The notes beneath the pieces were generated by a model. The model was not told the DNA's origin. It saw nothing but the letters and a program-made list of their open reading frames with translations, and searched no databases. Below are positions 49,301 through 60,396 of a DNA stretch of 64,000 bases, one piece after another. Positions within the stretch are counted from its first letter, which is position 1. Each line of letters begins with the position of its first letter. The translations under genes and the position numbers were made by a program. This DNA comes from Oculina patagonica (taxonomy: Eukaryota), in assembly GCF_052425735.1 (NCBI RefSeq), contig NC_135761.1, positions 48,174,001 through 48,238,000 of the forward strand. The letters run 5' to 3'.

Positions 49301-52300
49301 CAATGAAGATCAAGAAAGGTGAGAGAGGCAGAGTTGTAAATGCATGATGTCGATAAAATGAAGTCTAATTTATCAGTCTTTTCCTCAATGCAATTTTGTC
49401 ACAACTACAATCACTAAGAAGCAACAATCGTCCAAAATAAAAGTGATAATTTGTTTATAAGGTGGACAAGTAAGTAACGACATCCCAGACTACGCTTGAT
49501 AATCATCATAATGACACAGTGTTCCAAAAAGACGTTGGGAATGACTCGGGGTAAATAGAAAACAACTGTCAGTGGTCTCGACCTACTCTTCTCATTTTAA
49601 CTGTCCGCGAGTACGAACTAGCCATGTAACGCGAATTGAAATTTTTCTGGCCATATAATGATCTTATTAATCGAGCTTAGTTTCTCCTCCCCAAGCCAAT
49701 GGCGGCTGCGCCGCTCGTTGTCGCGTCTTTGCTGCTTGCAAGTGGGCACTACAAAAACCAACAACACCGTCAGCTACGCAGGCTAATCAAGCTAAGTCCA
49801 TCTGTATGCGGGAATCTTGACCTCGGTCGTTTGTACTGGATATGTTCAAGGGCTTAATCGTCTTGGTGAAGGAGTAATGAAGGGCTGTTTTTAGTCTGAC
49901 TGAACTTTCAGACTAAGGCTCTGTTTACAAGGAGTTAGAATAACCCAGGATCCCTGGTAGCTCTAGTGCTAGGGTTACCCTAGCTAGAGGGTTACCCTAG
50001 CTAGGGTTACCCTAGCTAAAGGTTTACCCTAGAGCTCTCCTCTCCTACTTAGTACAACTTTGTTTTGATTCTAAGAAACAGAATCAGATAAAAAAAACTG
50101 ACAAAATTAACGAATCGTGACCAAGAAAAGATCGTTTTCATTAAAGATTTGTTACATTTTTGCTCTGAAAGGAAATGAAAACATTTTCAAATAACAGCTT
50201 TTTGTGAAAACATTTTTGGTATAAATGTTTGCCGCCACTTTTGCTACATATTCGATGACATAATTATTTATAGTTTCTTCGTAAAACGCGTTCAAAATTT
50301 ACTGCGCTTAGAAATTGAAATCTGTTTTTACGGAAACTGCGAAAAAAGGCGAAAACAAGCTTTGACATTATGTTTACTATCCGTTGCATTGCTTTAATTA
50401 AAACTGGCCAAGTCCTCGACTCTAAATTTAATGCTTTCATGTCTTACAGAACCGTTTGTGGAACAGTGTCAAAAACAGCTACAGTCTCATTACAACACCT
50501 TCAGTAAGGTCAAAATTGTCCCGTGGGAACAAAGCTCGGCTGTTCACATTAGCGAGATGTACACACAGTTATCTTGGGTAAGGGATGAGAGGAAGCCGAG
50601 TGGAGTTACACAAGAGGAACTTGAAGACTACACCGATATATTCAAGGGTGATAAGCATCATCCCAACCCTAGGCGTATTTTAGTCTTTGGCCGGCCAGGC
50701 ATTGGGAAAAGTACTTTTTCCAAAAAAACTTCTTTTGACTGGTCACAACAAGAAAAGAGAATCCTAATGAAGTTTGATCTTGTGCTCCTGATTAAACTGC
50801 GAGATGTGTGTAATTTGAAGGATATCCGCGATGTTCTAAAGGCTTCTAAACTACTGTCTGGTGAAGGCGTGATTTCAGTTGATGATGTCTTTAATTACAT
50901 CCGAGATTATCAAGAGAAGGTGTTACTCATTTTGGATGGCTATGATGAATACAGCTGTGCTGGAGAACAATCACCGGTCCGTGACATCTGGGAGGGCACA
51001 TTACTGAGAGACTGTCACGTCATTATGACAACGCGGCATTTGAAAGTTGACGAATTAAGATGCCCCAGCCATGTTCAGTTTGAGATTAATGGATTCAAAA
51101 GCGAAAATCAAGTCAGAGCGTTTGCAAGGAGGTTTCTCAAAGATAAAGAAGACGTTGACGAATTTGTAAAAGATTTGAAAGAAAAAGGTCTGAAAAACAT
51201 GGCGGAAATACCTCTTATCCTGCTGATGCTGTGTTTACTCTGGAAGGGTAAACATCATAGAGGACTGCCAAAATCACGGGCCGGCATTTACACAGGTTTT
51301 ATTCAAACATTGTTGGACCACCTGATTGAAAAAGATGCAGATGCAAAGCAATTTAGAAAAGTAGATGACTACAAAGAAGAGCTCTGTAAATTAGGCAAGC
51401 TTGCCTTTGATGCCCTTTTGCAAGACTGTCTTTCTTTTCACGTTAGTAAACTGCCCGACGACATTTTAAGTACGAAATTAATTGAAGTCGGGTTGTTTCA
51501 TGTTTTGAATGTTGCAAGTTTGACTCCCGAGAAAGCTGTTGTGTTCATTCACAAGTCTTTACAGGAGTTTCTTGCCGCCTTTTACCTCAAGGAGAAGTTG
51601 TTAAAAGAACAAAGTACAAGCTGTCTGTCCGAAGTTGACTCGTTTGAAAAGATTCTCAAGATGACTGAAGTTCTCAAATTTATCTGTGAGCTGTCAGCAG
51701 AGGCTGCATGCGCTGTTCTACATCATCTGGGGATGATAGGAAAGAGGGAAGGTCTGACAGAGTACAACTACACTGAGACACCTTCTACTGACGACTTGTC
51801 AAAAAAACAAGCAAAGTTTCTTACTCTTATTTCACACAGCTTTTTCTGCTGTGCAGCGGAGAAGAGACGAGACCTTTACTCCATGTTTCTGTCTTACGTT
51901 GGAGGTGTTTTATTGATTAATCCAGACCAGCTGCATAGTGTTGCCAGTGAACACTTGCTGAAATCTGTCAAGGCGCCACAGTTTATTTTCTTCTCTTACT
52001 CCTTTTATAATGATAGGCATCCAGAACAAAGTTATCATGATTTGATCACTGTAGTGGAAGATGTAAATGCAGTTATTGTCAGCTGTTCAGGCGAAAAGAA
52101 AGCCTCGGATTTTCTAAAAAGGTATCCATTCCGTCCAGTAAGTGCATTTTTCCTGAAGAAAGAAGGGACGAAAATGAACATTTATATGACTGAGATCAGA
52201 AAAGAGAAGGACTTTCCTTTCCCCACTGAAATGCTAAAAGAGCTCATATCATCACCAGAGTCTACTCAGAAGAAGTCAGTTGGTGACCAGTCAAATGAGC

Positions 52301-55300
52301 AAGACAACAGAACTGCTTTGTGTTTGACTGACAACAATGATAGCACCACTTATACACCTCGACATTGTTTGTCCTGTGTCAGGGGTATTGCTATTAATGC
52401 TATAGAAAGTCAAGAGATGGAGACGCTCGTTAAGGTTTTACCATTTGTGACGTCTCCAGTATCGATATGGATTCTTGGTAAAACAGGTGCTCCTGAGTTG
52501 CCAGAGACCCTCACAGAGACCCTGGTCTCGCGTATTAACTTTACAAACAGACTTGCAGTGGTACAACTTGATCATATCAATTTGACAGCCAAGGCTGCTG
52601 CTGTCATCGCCAGATCTCTGCCCCAGGCTCCTAACTTGCGTATGCTCTACTTGTCATCTAACCCTCTTGGTGAAGGAGTAAGTGATCTCACACGACATCT
52701 CAGCTGTGTTCCTCACCTGGAGTACCTGTGGCTTTATGATGTTAAGATGACAAAGAAACAAATCAATGATTTGACTGAAGCTGTACGTCAGAGCAATATT
52801 TCCACCTTGGTGTCATCTTACCACGTAAGTTTTGTGATTTTTGTTGCTATTTGTTTCGACTGGTTGCCTTTATACTGAATACTACTGAGCTCTTGATTTC
52901 CTGATTTATTTTCTTTCCGATGTTTTGACGAACAAACGTGAGATTTCGTTTGACAATAAGTCCATTTAAATTATTTTTTGTAAGTGAAAATTCAAACTCA
53001 CAAAACCTTCATTTGACATGTAATAGCGGGAAACAATATCTATTTAAGTTTCACTGCTTACATTGTTGTGGCTCTGCTGTAAACTTATTTGTTTCGTTTG
53101 TGCGGTGCTTTGCAGTTTTAATGCTTGTCTGAGACTCATTTTTACGTAATAATAGTCGTTCTTAGCGTTTTTTAAATCTCCGTTGCATGCAATGTCGTTA
53201 TAGTTAAAAGTTTTTAACTTCTTATCCAGAAACAACTTTTCATGAGAGAGAGACATTTTTTTCAACTCTCAAGTGAATTATATTTTCCTTCAATTCTGGC
53301 AGTTGCTTCTTGTTGACACTTAAAAAAAGTTTCTTTCCAGTTTTGCAATGAAATACTGACGCGCGTGATACAGTTAGGTTTGTGGTCGTTTCTGCTTCAG
53401 CTTGTGTTTTCCACTTGGATTCATAGTGACTACAATTCATCAATGATTATTAGACATTAGTATAATTTCCAGAGGTAAATTCAATTCTGATTGGTCGAGA
53501 AGCTCGGACTATGTCGCAATATTCACTGCGCTAGGCGGTGAATATTGCATCTGAAGGTTTGGCTACTAAGCCATGCCACGTTTGTCATCCAGGCCAGTGA
53601 ACATGGCGGCATTTGCTGAATGAAAATTTCTCTCATTTAGAAGAAATCACTCCAAATCCTGGATATTTGAAGCATTGGGAATTTTGCAAATTTACTACCA
53701 AGGCTTTTGGACCGAAAATATTTTCAAGAGATGGTTTTCAAGGCGTTAGAATTGATCGTAAACATGGTGGTTTTGGAAATCGCACACGGCCATGTACTCA
53801 GTCAGCTCGACTGTCAAAACATATTTAGTTCTCTTCTCTTCTGCTAGTAATTTGGAGAGGATTCACACAATTGCTCAGAAGTCACCAACAATTAAACAAA
53901 GGTACCAGATATCTATCTTTTTCGTAGTGTTTGGTTTGTTCCGTTTTATTGCTAAAACTTGAGTGTAAATTATGATTTCATTCGATGAATTAAACTGGTT
54001 TACAGGTATGCAAGCGAGCTTTTCTGTTTGTTGTTTTCGTGTTTTCTATTGTTATTTTGCAGTTTTTGATATTCACCTCTGAAAATTATACTAAAACAAT
54101 TATTCGCCTCAGGCTCAGTGATTATTGTTGAATAATCCCCTCGACTTCGTCTCGGGGATTATTCAACAATAATCACTTCGCCTTCGGCGAATAATTGTTA
54201 AATACATTTTCAATGTTTACCAAAAGCAGCTCACAGATGTGAAACAGCAGTGCAAAATAAAATACCATTTCAAAGCAAACCACTAGGTGGAAATGTTTGG
54301 CTTTTCGGATGCAAATAAATTCAAGGAAAAGGTACGAGTTCGGACGTTCTTAAAAGACAAGAGTGTGTGCTTTATACTCTGTAAAAATCAATCATTTTGT
54401 AAAGTTTTCAATACATTAATCAATTTGAAATTAAGAAACGAAGGAACCCATTTAAAAGAAACTTGTTTACGTCAGAAGAACCTTGTTTTGATAAGCTATG
54501 GAAATTTTATTTATGCTCGTTATTTCAAATAACACTCAAATCCATGTGAACGATATTAAAAGATTTTCTGTTCAAAATGCGTTAAAAGATAAAATCTGAT
54601 GCTGAATTAAATCATTTATTACTGCAGTATACTGAGCTTAGAAAGTGTGACAATTCTTTTCTTAAATTGTGTCCTTTGTGATTTCCAGGTAGGCGGCTGT
54701 AGTTGAACAGCCAATTCTTTAATGTGTGTGAAATAGAAATTTGAAGAAATTTATCACCCGCCTTTTAGTGACTGTTTAAGCTTCACTGAAAGTCCCGTAG
54801 CTAATAATCAGCGGAAGATCTATTGTTCTATTAGGCCAAGGAAAAAAATGTTTCTCGACTCGCCCGCTTCATTTTTGGGTGCCACTTCTCTTTTTTTTAA
54901 TATTTGTTATTGGAAAAGTTGGAACAAACAAAAACCAACAGAATTTTAAAGCCTCGGCACGCTAGGTCCGTACTGAAGAGGTCAGGATTTATTTTGCAAG
55001 TTCGCTTCTGGAGAATTTGACGATGGAGGAAATAACAAAGAAACAAAATAAAGCGCCAACCCGCTCTTTTTTATAGAAATCCGAACCAGAAGCATTTTTT
55101 TCTTTTACTTGGCCTTACATGAAAGAATATATTTGTGGAAAACCGAAAGGTTCCCCGAAAAAAAAAACGCAAAACTACTTGCATACTGTTTTTACTGAAG
55201 AGAGTTTTTGAACGAAAACACCTTTCACTTCTTAAACCTAAAAAAAAAAAATTTGCCTGACTTTTGCTTTTTCCAAAGCCCGAGGGGTTATTAATTTATT

Positions 55301-55893
55301 TTTAAAAGAGAATTTCCACCGCCCCCCCCCTCCCACCCCCTCCCAATGTAGGGAACTGTAGACTTACCCAAAAAGATGGCGTGAAGGAGACTGACTCCCT
55401 TTAACACTGAGGATACTAACTAAAATAGTTTGCTTTTGAGTACCGTTTTTTACACCAAAGAACAAAAATTCCTTTTTATTAATGTCGCATGATATATAAA
55501 TAACTGATGGGAACGATTACAGTTTTTTTAAGCTAACCGAGTTTTTGTCCGCAAGTGTTGACCATTGTGTGTCGATAGAGAGGATTGTGTTTAGCATTGT
55601 TTTGTGATTTATGACAGGATGAGAAAGGGAACCCCAAACCTGAACATGAATGGCTAACAGAGGACTACTGGAGGTGGATGTACCAGTGGCTGTATCCTGG
55701 GTCATCAGCTAAATCAAAAGACGAGCTGGAGCCTGGGTCATCAACTGGATCAAAAGACGAGTTGGAGCCTGGGTCATCAACTGAATCAGAAAACGAGCTG
55801 GGGCCTGGGTCATCAACTGGATCAGAAGACGAGCTGGAGCCTGGGTCATCAACTGGATCAAAAGACGAGTTGGAGCCTGGGTCATTGATTTGA
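41750..55893 (+). CDS. NLR-B: intact NLR-type receptor, PNP_UDP_1-like domain + 2x ZZ zinc finger + NACHT + LRR + acidic repeat tail, ~1381 aa. Exons: 41750-42401, 43154-43333, 45529-45624, 46319-46402, 46853-46995, 47161-47302, 48067-48118, 48652-48747, 49269-49318, 50450-52824, 55618-55893
   Basis: The hand-spliced exons total 4146 nt with no internal stop, all GT-AG, and phases consistent. Every exon is conserved in NLR-A. PNP, ZZ, Walker A/B, WHD and LRR motifs are present. Confidence 0.85.
43623..45179. mobile_element. Mutator-like non-autonomous element with long TIRs and 9-bp TSD, in an NLR-B intron
   Basis: GTGAATGTT|GGGAGAGTTGAAAACACTGACCCCCGATCCGCGG ... CCGCGGATCGGGGGTCAGTGTTTTCATCTCTCCC|GTGAATGTT. 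The TIRs contain ~12-bp GGACTACCCTAC repeats and extend several hundred bp. Confidence 0.9.
47161..49318 (+). CDS. Tandem ZZ-type zinc-finger exons of NLR-B
   Basis: Spliced: CNGCHVSLSGRYYHCLHCINVAFCYDCYMVGVKPEDHTENH and FKCGVCKGFILGTRFCCYECEHFFLCIVCQSRHPATH. Confidence 0.8.
50450..52824 (+). CDS. NLR-B NACHT-HD1-WHD-HD2-LRR exon
   Basis: GRPGIGKS, LLILDGYDE, IMTTR, EIPLILLMLC, FIHKSLQEFLAA; LRRs such as PNLRMLYLSSNPLGEG and PHLEYLWLYDVKM. Donor CAC|GTAAGT. Confidence 0.95.
53456..54203 (+). mobile_element. Unit-B-specific non-autonomous element with a terminal ~105-bp hairpin (possibly Crypton-like)
   Basis: Absent at the paralogous site (~27403). Inverted pair 53458-53480 / 54071-54093, followed by palindrome 54095-54199. 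No TSD seen. Confidence 0.6.
55696..55875 (+). repeat. Coding 36-bp tandem repeat x5 in the last exon of NLR-B
   Basis: PGSSAKSKDELE PGSSTGSKDELE PGSSTESENELG PGSSTGSEDELE PGSSTGSKDELE. Confidence 0.9.
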
Positions 55894-57261
55894 GTCAGAT
55901 TCTGTCAGCGACTGCAAAGAGACCAACAAGAGACTGGATCAGAGACTGAACAAGAGGACGAGGGGCAGACTGGAAATAGAGAATTAGTCACGTGATCAAC
56001 AGAAAAAGAACAAATCAATACAATTGATTTGGAATGAATTGTCAGAAGCCCACACACCTAGACCGAAAGGTATTATGTGTATAGTTATACCTTCCATGTC
56101 TTAAACACACAGCGGACAAATGTTCGGTGCGTTTACATTTTCCCGCCAAAACTGACGCTGGGAAATGCAAACATCTGTCACAATTTTTTTATGTCCTTTA
56201 CTTTGAAACGAAAAGTGTCAACATTTGCTGAAAAAAATAACAACCGTTATACCGCAGTTTTTTGTGGCCTCATTCTTCAAGTTTCTAAAACATTTTGTAA
56301 TCCAAAAACCGTTTTTGCCATTACTCTCCAAAATCTTACGCAAGTAATATTACACCAGTAGTGGCGTTGAGTATTTCATGTTGAGTATTTCATAAATAAA
56401 AAATAAAAATTAAAAAAATGGTTGACCGCTGTGTGTTTAAAACATGTAGGACTGTGACCGAGTTATGGAATCAAACACGGGAACACTTTACGGCGAGTCA
56501 AAACAAAAGAACAGGAAGATCTCACATGAAGTAAAAGAAAACAACGTTAATCTTGCGGTGTGACGGACATTTCGAACTAGTGTCAAGTCTAGAACCGACA
56601 AACCCTCCGAAACTGCTCGGGGCTTTAGGAAAATTTCTTAAACTTGGCCGGCAATCAGATGTTCCAAAAAATGGTTGTAATTCCCGTCTTATTCGTGTCC
56701 CCGTAAATTTTCTGTTCCAGATCTCTGAGTTACTAACCAACAGTGTATTTAAAAATCCAAACGTCCATCGCAGATTCGAACGCACTAACTTTACTAACTT
56801 TACTGTGAGAGCACCCTGTATCTAAGAAGTTTTTAAAATCATTGTAGTTCTTTTTTAAATGTTTTAAAACATGAATAAAGGTTTAAAGGACCTGTGGGAT
56901 GATCCGAGGGGGAATGAACAATGAAAATAATTGAAAAGATGCTACCACGAAAAACAATGATACCACTTGATATTGGGACTGAATAATATCATGGCAACAT
57001 CAAAATGTTTTCAGCGAAAAGTGTCCATGTTTCAGTATCCTCATTTTCCATAAGACTGGTTTTCACTAGTGACACAAGCATAACAGCTCTTATTTCTCGT
57101 TGAAAACGGCTTCGACGCAAGCATAAGGACTGGCTTGTAAGCGCAAACACAAACACAAGGATCAAAATTTTTCCTTTTCTTGTGCTTGCGCTTGTGCTTG
57201 CATTCGTGTGAAAACGAAACGCCACATAAGCACAAGAAAACTGTTTACGTCTGGCCGTGTC

Positions 57262-57647
57262 TTCGCCGCGGTCAAACGTCTCGGGCAGCTTTTCTTTCCA
57301 TTTCGGCGTTTTTTGTTCGTATTGAAGTGTTAGTACGAGCAAGGATAGATAAAAATAGTTGCCGAGTGAAAGCATAATGCCATTACCTCAGGTAAACGAG
57401 TGTTTTTACTTTTTAAATGTTTCACGTCCGAACCAAAGGTGCTCTGACAAATGGCGCCGACAAGTAGCTACAAGTCCGCATATCGCTATTTTCAAACACG
57501 TAGAACTTTTTTAGTAAAGCTCCAAAAACCTTAGTAAACCCTTAGGATACCGGTTATGTATCGAACTTTGAACTGTGAAAATTAAAACCTTATCTTTGCA
57601 GTACTTTTCTTATTTTTTGCATCTTTCTGTCGTTTGACCGCGGTGGA
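57262..57647 (+). mobile_element. ~385-bp MITE, copy 1, 9-bp TSD GGCCGTGTC
   Basis: TIR TTCGCCGCGGTCAAACG / CGTTTGACCGCGGTGGA. A single GGCCGTGTC is found at the paralogous site (~31074). Confidence 0.85.
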
Positions 57648-57774
57648 GGCCGTGTCCATATTCGTATTCTCGGTATTGCACTGGAACTAGCTTGCAATGG
57701 AGGCTCATGTGGGGGATTATCATTAAAAACAGCTTCATGTCATTTGCATTTGAAAAGATTACCCGCATTAGCCT

Positions 57775-58150
57775 TTCACCGCGGTCAAACGTCTCAGGCA
57801 GGTTTTCTTTCCATTTCGCGGTTTTTTGTTCAAATTAAAGTGTTATTACAAGAAAGGATAGATAAAAATAGTTGCCGAGTGAAAGCATAATCCCATTCCC
57901 TCAGGTAAACCAGTGTTTTTACTATTTAAATGTTTCGCATCCGAATCAAAGGTGCTTTGACAAATGGCGCCGACAAGTCCGCATATCGCTATTTTTAAAC
58001 ACCTAGAACTTTTTTAGTATGGCTTCAAAAAACTTGGTAAACCCTTAGGATACCGGTTATGTATCGAACTTTGAACTGTGAAAATTAAAACCTTATCTTT
58101 GCAGTACTTTTCTTATTTTTTGCATCTTTCTGTCGTTTGACCGCGGTGGA
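57775..58150 (+). mobile_element. ~375-bp MITE, copy 2 of the same family, 9-bp TSD CATTAGCCT
   Basis: TIR TTCACCGCGGTCAAACG / CGTTTGACCGCGGTGGA. Nested in another fold-back element (ATTCGTATTCTCGGTATTG... ~57657-58200). Confidence 0.85.
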
Positions 58151-58154
58151 CATT

Positions 58155-58187
<33 letters not shown>

Positions 58188-60208
58188 CGAGAATACGAAT
58201 GAAGCCTATTATAGCACTCGTTCCAGATTCCATGAGATCCCCCCGCGTCTGAGCATTTGAAAAAAGTGGCGGAGGCCGCAATTTATTTTGATAAAAGTTT
58301 TCCGAAGTTCTTCGCAAGAGTGTAAACCAAAAAAAAAAAAAAAAAAAAAAAGAAAAGAAAAGCACAAGCGTGGGTTCGAGTAGCGAAAGAAATAATCAAA
58401 GTCTCTTCGAGATATCGACGTTTTTGCATGAAGTATGAGTCGAAGGTTTATCCTGTGCATTGTTCTTTGAACTTATCATTACAGTTTCTTTGTAGTTTAG
58501 TTTAACAATTTCCTATCTTCGCGGAGGAAATGCATGCAGCCATATAATTTTGTCAAAAATGGCTCGTCCGCGCCGGGTATTTATACACATATTCCTTAAC
58601 ATTACACAAAAAAACAGTCCAAATTTCAGCGAGATCTGACAATTCTATACTTAAAAATTGCAAGGACCTTTCGAGGCAGTCGATTACGGCAGCGAAATTA
58701 ACAAATGAAACAGCAAAATATGCGTTCGGCGCTTTGTTTTTGCGACGCCATATTTGAATTGTTATAGGTAGACCGCTGTTCAATGTTTTCAAGGCCGTAT
58801 CGTTACGATTGCTCCACGAAAAAAAATACGGATATTTCCGACTACTGTCGGAGAAAACATTGCGCATATAATTGCGGCGTAAACAAATCGTGACACTCAA
58901 GCTGCGTTTTGTCTAGGCTCTGCGAGGGTCGGATATCAAGACCCAGGATCAAACAAAAGCCATATATACAGTGAATGCTTTCGAATTATATTTGAAGATG
59001 AAATACGAAAGAATTTTGCTGTCTTTGACTGAAATTCCACTCGAACTGCGTAGATACGATCGCATGTTGTAAAGCCGATTCATGCAACATTGCTGTCAAC
59101 GGCTCAACGCGAGGTCTCTAAAAGCTAAAAGAAGCCCCCATCTCTTGCATTTGTTTTAACTTCAATAATATCTTTGAAAAGAGCGAGTTTTTTGGTATGG
59201 TTTATTTTTGACGTTTGTAATTTTTAAACGATGTAAGTGCTAGTGATTATTTATTCGTGTTTTAGTTACGCAATCCATTGTTTGTGCGACGCTTTTTATA
59301 GATCGCCTTTCAGACACACGTGCGTTGAGATAAGAGAGCTGACATGTCACTTTTAAAATTGTTATATAACGTTTGTAAATGTGACAAGTCACGTTTTTTC
59401 CACAAGATCGCAAGTGATCACCCACAGCGGAAAGTAATCCCTTGAGAAATTAAAACAGTCCCTTGAGAAATTAAAAAAGTCCCTTGAGAGTTTACAAATA
59501 TGTGGTTCCAAATCTTGTCCACATAACCCCTATTCTACCATTTTAGCTTGTAAACAAGCAAAAACGTCGAAAAAATGACTTCTTTCTTTAAAAATATCTA
59601 TAACCCCAAAAATTTCGTAATTTTCCTCCTTTTTTGTAGTCGCTTTTGCTTTATTTCGTCACAAAAGTAGAAGAGACAACAACACTCAATGCCCAAAAGT
59701 TTCTGCCACCATATTTGCCGAGAGAACTGAGTCAAGAACGGAGCCTTCTAGCTTGTAAACATCTTGTGCTTGTGCTTATGTCGACGTTCGTTTTCACTTG
59801 GCACAAACTACTTGTGCTTGCGTCGCTTGTGAAAACCAGGCTATAGTGTCATGTCTAATTTGTAACTACGTTTTACACATGTATTGAAACCGGTATCAAA
59901 CAAAAGTTGGTAAATATTGCACAAGATGATGATGTCACAAGGTCATTGAAACGTCGTGAAGGAATTGACGTCTGTTGTTAACAATTGTCGTTGTAAACTT
60001 AAGAAATTAAACACAAGTAGATTTCTTGGAAAATGGTGTAGAAACACAAGCTGTGCTGTGGACGTGTGTTTGCACAGTTCTTGTTCCAAACTTGCAAGAA
60101 TGTTTTGATTACTGTATGAAAATAACCGGCATGCAATGCATGCTAAGGCGATGACTTTCCAGTATAGCAAGTCAGTAAGTTTGAATCAAGCCCAGTCGGG
60201 GGACTAAG

Positions 60209-60396
60209 AATAGACCTTTTGAGCTTTGTTTGTTTGTTGTCCCATTTCAGACCTATATGTGATGTTACCCTTGAAAATTTCTTCTTTTAAATTTAAACAA
60301 ATTCATGATATTCAGATAGATAAAAGGAAGTTCTTTAGGAAGCATCATGTGATTTGTAATAGGCAATTTTTACATACAAAGCTGAAAAGGTCTATT
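60209..60396. mobile_element. Small MITE within a larger unit-B-specific segment (~59848-61800)
   Basis: TIR AATAGACCTTTTGAGCTTTG / CAAAGCTGAAAAGGTCTATT. Confidence 0.7.

Noticed and set aside
52825-52878. Hydrophobic C-terminus (VSFVIFVAICFDWLPLY) suggesting a membrane anchor
   Set aside because: It follows a strong GTAAGT donor, and a conserved in-phase last exon exists. Most likely intron read-through, though an intron-retained isoform is not excluded.
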